Below the pieces are notes generated by a model. The model ran no database searches and was not told the DNA's origin. It saw only the letters and a list, made by a program, of their open reading frames with translations. Source: Cladosporium halotolerans (taxonomy: Eukaryota). Taken from it: DNA of 55,232 nt. The stretch covers positions 1 to 55,232 of the forward strand of contig NW_027191511.1 in assembly GCF_011745625.1 (NCBI RefSeq). Reading direction: 5' to 3'. Below are positions 46,880 to 55,232 of the stretch, one piece after another. The number at the start of each line of letters is the position of its first letter. The first letter of the stretch is position 1. The translations under genes and the position numbers were made by a program.

Positions 46880-47672
46880 GACGGTCAGGGAGAGTGGGTC
46901 GCAGAGGCATGATGGATTCATCAGCAGCCGTGCGTCGGAGACGATCGGAAGGGGATGCTTTGAGCATTAGGTGCAATCTTACCTGTTGCTTGTCCACTCT
47001 TTTAGTAGCGTGTCGAGGCTTTGAAATCACGACTAAACCCTTGACCACACCCTGATTTTGTCTTGTCCGCCTTCCCTGATTCCCCGCCACTCTTTCACAT
47101 GATGATGTGGAACAGCTTTTCGCAGTCTCAAATACACTATATCGCCGAATTGACTCCAGTACAGTAATCACGACAATTGCATCCACAGGAAGAGCACGGC
47201 GGAGCTATGAATTTCGCGTACAGACGGACGATGGCTGTCTTTCCCATGTCTGAGCTACCAAGAGGACAAGCAAAGAAGCGCCCCATCGACAGGTTGCCTT
47301 GATTGTAAAACAAAAAGCCTGGTAGACAGAGATCCAGTCAAGTGGTTGATATACGCTCGCCCAAGTGCTCACTCTTTGAGGCCATGCGTTCTTCTGAAGA
47401 GCTAACGCACCGCTTTCAAACCGAGAACGAGCAGAAAATTCTCTGCCTAGCCAGCTGAAAGATGGCTGAAGTCGATACATCCAGATGAAATACACTTTTG
47501 TGGAAATGCAACTTTCAAAGCCGGCATACCGGGATGGTCCAGTCTGGAAGAGCTATAGCAGTATTAGAATAAACACCTCCAGTGATCTAAGACGAGAGCA
47601 TAATTCGTCGTTGGGATATACTGTCGCGTCGCGACCACTCGCTTCCAAGCCGAGATATCCGAGCATCCAAAG

Positions 47673-47718
47673 CGTCGCCTGCGTACTTTGCAGACTGGCT
47701 GCAGCGTGCATACCGACG
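47673..47718. promoter_or_regulatory. Conserved motif, copy C (closed by CGTCG/CGACG inverted arms)
   Basis: CGTCGCCTGCGTACTTTGCAGACTGGCTGCAGCGTGCATACCGACG. Confidence 0.5.
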
Positions 47719-47913
47719 ACAAGTACAATTGTCTCGTCACATGCAGACCAGCTCAATCATATCAAGATTTGCATCCACCCAGCATCTGCCCGGTACTCAG
47801 ATATAACGAAAAACAGATAAAGTGGCTTTGCTATTGAGAACATCAAAGGCAACATGTCCTCCCGATCTATAGGAACGCTAAAGACCCACTGCTACTGCGA
47901 TGTATCTACGCCT

Positions 47914-50900
47914 TCAATCCCTCATCGTCAGGTTCCCGAAGTCCCGCTCTATGTCACCGGCGTGCTGGACGCCAGCTGCAGGCTGATGACTTGATCCTCC
48001 GATTGGAGCGTTGCACTGAGGGCAGCATGCCGTCTGCATGGGCATGCCACATTCGCCTATCGTGAATGGATGCCCGTTTTCGCACCTGTACCAATGCCCA
48101 GTACCACTGAACTCCCCTTGCATGGCAGCGACTACCATCCTCATCTGACTCTGGTACCCAGCTTCGTGTAGAAGACGACGGACATCCTCGCTCTCAGTCA
48201 GAACGCTGCTCGTTTGGCCGGGATAAGTCTTGCACAACACCTTGGCGCTGTCTAGGTGCTCCTCGGCGGTGCGCTTGATCCCCTCAAAAGGTCTGCCGGT
48301 ACCACTACCATCCCGGCTTTCCATAACTTCACACTCGAGCCCTGCAAAGTGGGCCCAAAATATATGTCCCTCCGTTTGTTGAAGGATGTTGGAGGTACTC
48401 TTAGCGAAGCTCACCAAAGCCTCGCAAGAGTGTCGATCTCTAGAGAAGTCAACTTCCAGTGATCGGTCCTGCCGATGTCGCTGCTCATGAAGCACGCCAA
48501 TGAAATCTGACACTGCCACGAGCTCGCATCTTATCGCCAAAGCGGTAGCCAAAAGTGATCCGCGTGTTTGGACGAGAACATGGTCAAAATCGAAGGCATC
48601 GATGGTCTCTCCAGTGTTGAAGCGACGCCGACGGAGCGCTTCAACAATGTCATGCACACGCCGAAAGGGTTGCTCTTCAGCTGCAGTCTTCTGAAGGAAG
48701 ACCTCGATCTTCTTACGTAAGTATGACAATGGGCGATAGCGCTGACCGACTCCAGACAACCTGCCAAGTACCTCGACGTGAGATCCGTGAGCCATTACGA
48801 TGTTGCCTGCAGGGAGAACAACTTTCAGTCGTGACTCGATCAATCGTCCTTGCAGAGCTTGCATCGATTCCGCGTGCTGTAGATGTTCTCGATTGGACCA
48901 AGCGATGAACTTCTTTGTAGACTCATCCAGAAGCGCACGTCGGACAATGCGACCGTAGCGAGACACAAGTCGAAGGGAGCTTCTGCAATCTGGACACGTC
49001 TTGATCTCTTCGTATGAGAAAGCTTTTGACTGGCCGATGAGAGCGGTCGGCATACCAGTCGCAGCATCCAATTTGTAGTAGTCCGACATGGCCATGAGGC
49101 CGTCTAGACTTTCGACGTTGAAGACGTGGCCGCAAGGCAAGAAAATGCAAGGGCTTTCTGACAAATCGATTTCAGCATATGAGCTGAGCATGATAACATC
49201 GGCTCGAAGACTCTTGATCTCATCAGGAGCACAGGTCTGGCAATATCTCTTGCTTGGACATTCAGCGCCGCAAACTGAGGGGCACTGATGGCCGCAATCC
49301 AGTAGGTTGGTACATCGTTGTGAGCACGGGACCCAGTCGCATGGAGCGGCACACGGCATGTTGCACTTGACATGCGGGCAGCAAGACGCACACTCTTCTT
49401 CGGCACACGGAGCACACGGTTCGCTGCATTTCTTCATACATCTCGCGTGGCTACACTGAACGTCGCAGACTTGATCGCAAAGCGGGCATGCTTCATCACT
49501 GTGGCAGGGAGCAGTGCAAGAGTGCTTGCAATTGGTAAAATTGCGCCCGCATTGCTGCCTGCACTCGCCGTGTTCCTCTTTGATGATGTTTTGACCCTCG
49601 CGCAAACGGCACTTGCAACACTTGTCCTTGCAAGTGTGACCGCAAGGCTGCAAGGCGCCACAAGTGGCGGTACAGACGTAAACCGGAGTGTTGAAGTCGA
49701 GAAAACACGGCAGTGAAACTGTGTGATCACAGCCAGGAATTGTACGCTCGACCTTCACGCTGCATTTCGCTTGTTCCGGGTGTTGATATTGCCAACATGG
49801 CAAACTGTCAACATGGTGTCCGCATGGCAACTCCACGTCGATGTTGCGGATAGTGACGGTGCATTGTTTGTCGCAGGGACGGCCGCACTCATACTGACAG
49901 TTGTGATTGCAGCCTTTCTTCACCCTGCTGCACGGTTTCGTACAGTAGACCGCTGTATGAAGACCATCTGAATGGCACTTGTTGATACACGAATGACCGC
50001 ATGGAAGTCGCCGTCCGCAAAGAATATCGCACCCGGCCTCTGGTGAAACTCTGGAAAAGTCATCAGGGGTGGTGACTTGAAGTAGCGTGTCCGGATGGCG
50101 GGGACAGCAAAGCTGGAGGTCCCTGCCAACATTGCCCTTTTTCCTGAGCATATCTAATACGCTGCCCCACATGGGCACGTGAGAGGATGTCTCGGTGTTG
50201 CCGATAATGTACATCCCGTGCTGCGCTCGGGATAACAGGACGTTGATACGGTTTGAAGTCCTCAAGAAGCCACACTTGCGTTGCTGATTGCAGCGTACCA
50301 GTGAGACAATAACCACCTTAGCCTCTTCGCCTCTGCCACAAATAGTCAGTTTTATACATGTGATAGCGTGTAAAGTTTGACGAACTGGAAATTGTCACAT
50401 GTGGCTAGCCGGAGCGATTGAAGCAAAGTACTCTTTCGCACTCCTAAGCGTGGCGGGAGGCGAGCCCTGGTGGCGACCTCTGAGGTCATCTCATCTCCGT
50501 TCTCTTTGTAATCGTGATCGTCGAGAACCAGTTCATCACTGTCTCTGTCGTTGATGACAATTTCGGCGAAGCCGCTCAAAGAGCATCGCAACTTTCTCAA
50601 CTGTCCGAGGTAAGGCGTCAGGACCGCGATATCAGAGGCTTCGTACACGCCTTGTCTGACCAAGTGCCTGACAAGCGCAAAAACAATGTCGACTTCGTAC
50701 TTGTTGGTGTGCGATGTGGTGTCGGAAGCTGCACTCTCTCCGTCTTCGAGGTGGCTGTGGTCGAGCCAGAAAAGCCTCTGCCGCATTCCAGAGACCCCTG
50801 GGTAGTCGGAAACCTGGGGAGAGTCCTGCAGATTCGGATACAACGTCGAACGGATGAGTGCCGAGATCGAGGGGTGCATGCGCCGCTGAACTTCGAGCGT

Positions 50901-53849
50901 GACATACGGGACGGCCGAATCTTCACCACCCTCCGGGCTCACAAGACGCTCGAAGAGTGAAACATCCAACTTGATCTGCGATCGCGGATTCTCGCATGAT
51001 AATTCGTAGTTTTGCGCCTTAGGCCTCAGCTGTTGATGGTCACCGATCAGTATCGCATGCTCGATGGAAGGAAGCAGCGCTGTCAGCATGTGTGCTTCCA
51101 AGACCTCGCCTGCCTCTTCTACGAGCAGTACTTTACTGTTGAGCCTGCGTAGGAGGTTGAGGTTGCGTGCCAGTCCCGAAGTCGTGACACCGATGACATT
51201 CGCATTGGTGAGTACGCGAAGGTCAACTTCAGCACGGATTTGATCGAATCTGGCCTTCGCATCTCCATACGCCTTGAGGTTTGCAAGCAGAGACCTCTGG
51301 ATCGGTTCGGCAATAGCCTCTTTCCATGTCATGTGCAATCGTTGTCGCTGTACTTTCGTGAGTGAAAAAATGTCGATGCTGCCACCATTTTGAGGCGTTG
51401 ACGGCGACTGCAGACTACCATGAAGCCACGCCGATAGGCCCTTGGCCGCTTGTTTCGACCTCACTACTCGAAATCCACTTTCGTCAATCTCAGGCTCGGA
51501 GAGCTGAGAATGGTACGCTGGATATTCCTTCTCGAGGAATGACAGCATCGATGACTCTGAATGCGCATTACGTAGCTGAGTGAGATTGTTGTTCATAGAC
51601 CTTCCGTACCGCTCAAGCTCGTTCTTGCATTGCCATCGTTCTCTCTTCTCCAGCTTCGTGAGACATTCGTTTCGCGCAACAGTTCGGAGATTCAGGGGGA
51701 TCAAACGCTCACTCTTAGAGCGTGAGCCGATACGGACAATCTGTTTGACGCTAGCATCGACCAGATGCTCGAGGATTTGATCAAGCGCATGGTTCGTGAA
51801 GGTGACGCAGAGAACCGGACCTAGACTTGCAGTGGCTTTGTTCGCCATGAGAACTTTCATCAATGCTACACCAGTGTAGCTTTTCCCTGTACCAGGAGGC
51901 CCCTGGATCAGTGCCATCGACTGAGATAAGGTTGATATCAAGGCTTGGGCCTGCGCGTTGTCGAGTTCTGTCTGGTTGCTGAGCGTACTTGCATCCATGG
52001 GGCAGTCGATGTCCAGCTCTAATTTCTGCCCTTCGGAAGACAGAGTCGATAGGTTGTAGCGAAAGTTTCGCTTTTTCGTGTAAGCCGGTTTGCCGAATCT
52101 CTTACCTTGCTGGGCATCTTCAGTTGGAGCGAGTAGCTCGGGAAATGGCAAGTCTTTCGACTGGGTCATCTGCTGCAAGGCAACAAGGGTGTGTTGAAAT
52201 GCTGGCAACAACACTCCTGGGAACTCTAATAGTAAGAATGAAAGCTCAGCACCCGACTGCCCGTGACCGAGGCCGAACCGAAAGAGCACGGTTTCAATGT
52301 CTGCTTCAGTATGGTTCGCCAGCTGCACAACGGCATAAGCGACATTGCCATCTCCAGAACGTGGATAACGCTTCTCAATGGGACTCTCCGTCTTCGTGAT
52401 ATTCGATTCCGATCCAGTAGGAAGTGCGGCAGTAGCTACAGTCAAGAAGACGGCTACTTGATCGGATCCGAGCAACATGATCAAGGCTTCCGAACCAAGT
52501 CTCTTGGATTCATCCCACCACTCCTGTCGCTGTGCTGCGGTCTTGCCGTCAAGTTCGTGAGGTTGGGAAAACTGGAGGACACAGAGCATCCCTTTACGCT
52601 CATCGAACTCAGCATCAACAAGCCGGACATGGTGATAACTGTGAGTCCGAGCCCCAGATTGCTTGGTGACCATGCTCTTCACTCGGTGATTGTGGATACG
52701 ATCGAGTTCAACTTTCGCTGCGTCACGTAGCTGTCCGACGGTATCCTCACGGATCAGGCGGAATTGTCTGTCCAAGAGACCGATTACGCCTGGTAAATGC
52801 CATGTCGAAGGATCGCTTCCCGGTAAATATTCTGCGCGGTCGCCCAAAATTTCCCCTATCGTGGGCAGAATCTGGATGTCTTCGATATTTTCGAAGTCAT
52901 TGTCATGACGAGCACCGTGCTCAGACAGATGACCTGGCTGATCTACCGATAGCTCGAACGTGGGTCTTGGTTGATGTGCCTCATCTTGCTTCTTGTTTTC
53001 CACAACCTTGATGCTTCCACCTAAACCCAAGCGTAGGCACATCTTTCTGTGGTATTTCAGAGAGTTGCCACTCAGCGCGTGATCGACCGTGAGCGCAATC
53101 ATAGTCTCTACGACAGCGCGCAGATCGTCATTGACCTGTGCAGTAGTATTGGCCTCCAGCATTGCAGATAGTGCAATCAGACATCGCTCAAAGTCGGCTC
53201 CGGCCTGTTCATCATCGTACGTCAAACCGCGAATAACCGCTCCAAAGACCGATACTGAGCGACGACCGTTCACTCCGTAAAGGTAGTTGAGTAATGTGGC
53301 GTGCCGTGTTTCCAGGACCGAAGACGATAGTACGGTCTCGTGTGCGACGATGCGCATGAAGGGAAGAAGTTGCTCTTTGAAGACCACTTGTAGCGCATCA
53401 TCGATCAAGTCGCTCCAGTTTCGGTTCAGCATTTCGCCCAGACGAGCGAGCCCTCCTTCGCTTGACAGAGTTGTGATAACTTCCTGCACAGTATCGATGT
53501 TGTTGACAAGTGTCAGTGCTTGTTGTATGAAGCACGGAAATGCTCTTCCAAATGGCTGCGCCCTTTGGATGTCCCGTTTCTCTTTCTTGACGTCTAATCG
53601 CCATCGTACAAACTGATCATACGCCGAAGAAGCCGGACCGCTTTGGGCTCTATGATCTTGTATGGCGCTGCTTGTCTGCAAGATAGGGTTGTCGTGTGAG
53701 AATTTGCATTCGGGACCACGGCGACACTCTCCCTTTGCGAATTCGTGACAGAGTTTCTTTGGTGCTTCTTCATGACTGTATTTGCATGCTTTGCCAAACC
53801 GACAAGTGCCGCTTTGGAAGTACCGACATCGTTGGTTCTGTATCGCCAT
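47914..53849 (-). CDS. ZNFX1: ZNFX1-like SF1 (UPF1-type) helicase: 2 CCCH fingers, helicase core, NF-X1 zinc fingers, RING-like segment, C-terminal RZ finger
   Basis: CRYFQSGTCRFGKACKYSH; LDRQFRLIREDT; QGPPGTGKS; EEAGE; IGDHQQLRP; LTPYLGQ; DNFQ|GEEAK (intron 50385-50333); NVLLSRA; Cys/His repeats; GHWYRCENGHPFTIGECGMPMQTACCPQCNAPIGG. Confidence 0.92.
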
Positions 53850-54710
53850 ACTAGCATGAGATTGGTCCTATGTTCTTCAAGTTGGTTCAGAAGAAAAAGC
53901 GTGTGAAGAAAAGCAGTTGTGTCGGTGGGAGATTAGGGAGTAAGTAGATATGCTGTCGCCACTAATGACAAGCTAGTTACATAGTACAGCAGCATGGGCG
54001 GCCACTAGCGTTCAATTGTAGATGACTTCGGAGTTGCGTTCACTTGGCGGCGCAGCAATCCGGCGTCCCCACAGTATGCATGTGGTTGGCTTCTCGACTG
54101 AAGCTCGTGACACCAAGCTGTTATGGTGTTCATGCAAGAACACGCGAGAGTACCAGCGAAACTACCCCACGTCGCCACTGGTCACTCTCTTGATCTCGTG
54201 TGATTGTCGAGCCAGGTTTGCGTGTACTTAGGGTACGCAAATATTTGCCGAAGTTCACTGATTCAACTGTTGCTGGCAGTCACGCCGGATTGGAGTCTAG
54301 ATCAACGCGCACCACGTTTCAGCTATGTAGTTTCCGGCAAACGTGAAGAGCGCCACTAGAACCGGCCTGTCTTCTTGCGTCCGTTGTCGTGTGTCGAGCG
54401 AGATCACTTTTTGGACAGGTGCAGGTCCTCCCCGCAGCAAGCCTCCTGCGCTGACAGCGAGCTTCATGCATATGACAGCGTTTTATCACTCAGCTTGTTT
54501 GGACGTACATATGTTCCATGCATGGTGCATGTTAAAAGGATGCGTATATGAATCAATCATCAAGTAACGGAACAGAGACTAGTTCTAAAGTTTGTTGGAG
54601 TCACCGAGCTTTAACTCTGAGGCAGCTGAAGAAAGACTATCTCATCCTCTTGACGCATTTTGTTCAGATCATTCGGGAATAGGAACTCGCTACTGGCAAT
54701 TTATGACCAC

Positions 54711-55232
54711 TCAAGTCGAGGAAATTGTCACACAACCTGACCACCAGATGCGCTGATCGTCTTGGCGTTGACCCTCCCACTCGAGACTATCCAACAATTT
54801 GCCATCCAGCAGACTTCCCATTTGCGTTTTTTCAATTCTTTCGCCATTACGTCTGATTTTCGACAGGAAGACTTTGAGGAAACTCACTGGACTGCTCCTC
54901 ATATTAGACTCTCCACCCGGCTGACCTTGCGCATCACGAAGTATGAAGCCGTCTGCGTCCACTTGCCAACCATCATGCTCCATCTCGCTTGTAAGTCTAC
55001 ACGAAGAAATACCAAGAAATCGGCAGGTATCGAGATAGTCGGCGTAAGAGCTCATGTAGAGCTGACCAGCGAATAAACTTAGCTGTGTTGTCAGTGCTCG
55101 TGGAATGGCCGGTGGCGATCTGCTGGCTGAAACGGTATAGAGCGCTAGATCATCAAGTGCGGTATAACCTTGGTTCGTACGCGGTTTGTATGCGTGCAAT
55201 GCGTTCTCCGAATCTTTCATGCACACATGCAG
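54711..55232 (-). CDS. C-terminus of a very large DUF3638/DUF3645-type protein (partial, runs off window)
   Basis: QLSLFAGQLYMSSYADYLDTCRFLG, DADGFI, SPVSFLKVFLSKIRR..IEKTQMG are typical of this family's end; frame open to window edge. Confidence 0.75.
   Translation of the reverse strand: MHVCMKDSENALHAYKPRTNQGYTALDDLALYTVSASRSPPAIPRALTTQLSLFAGQLYMSSYADYLDTCRFLGISSCRLTSEMEHDGWQVDADGFILRDAQGQPGGESNMRSSPVSFLKVFLSKIRRNGERIEKTQMGSLLDGKLLDSLEWEGQRQDDQRIWWSGCVTISST

Noticed and set aside
1..55232. Starship captain (DUF3435) or element boundary
   Set aside because: No such recombinase or terminal repeat could be identified in the window; cargo status remains untested.

Overview
Fungal (filamentous ascomycete) genomic DNA: intron-containing genes with ~50-nt GT..CTRAY..YAG introns, plus transposon debris. 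0.5-6 kb is damaged: a bilirubin-oxidase-type multicopper oxidase with an in-frame stop after its signal peptide, a truncated Na+/H+ antiporter, TE remnants and a bZIP with a premature stop. 6.6-25 kb holds intact genes: acyltransferase-3, a type II membrane SAM methyltransferase head-to-head with an MFSD5/DUF791 transporter, an arrestin-like protein, an SLC4/borate transporter, a Zn2Cys6 factor, a PsiD-like decarboxylase, a GT34 glycosyltransferase with an apparent [D1,2] stwintron, and a SET protein. 25-55 kb looks accessory: a telomere-linked-helicase-type remnant; two diverged copies each of an Hsp70/actin-fold ATPase gene and an ATP-grasp-like gene (one intact divergent pair, one pseudogenised set); a recurring ~40-nt non-coding motif; three LINE insertions with a shared 3' stem-loop and TSDs; a HET-domain gene; a small SMP-like gene; a ZNFX1-like helicase with an RZ finger; and the 3' end of a DUF3638/DUF3645-type giant gene. 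All family calls come from motif recognition by eye, not from database searches.
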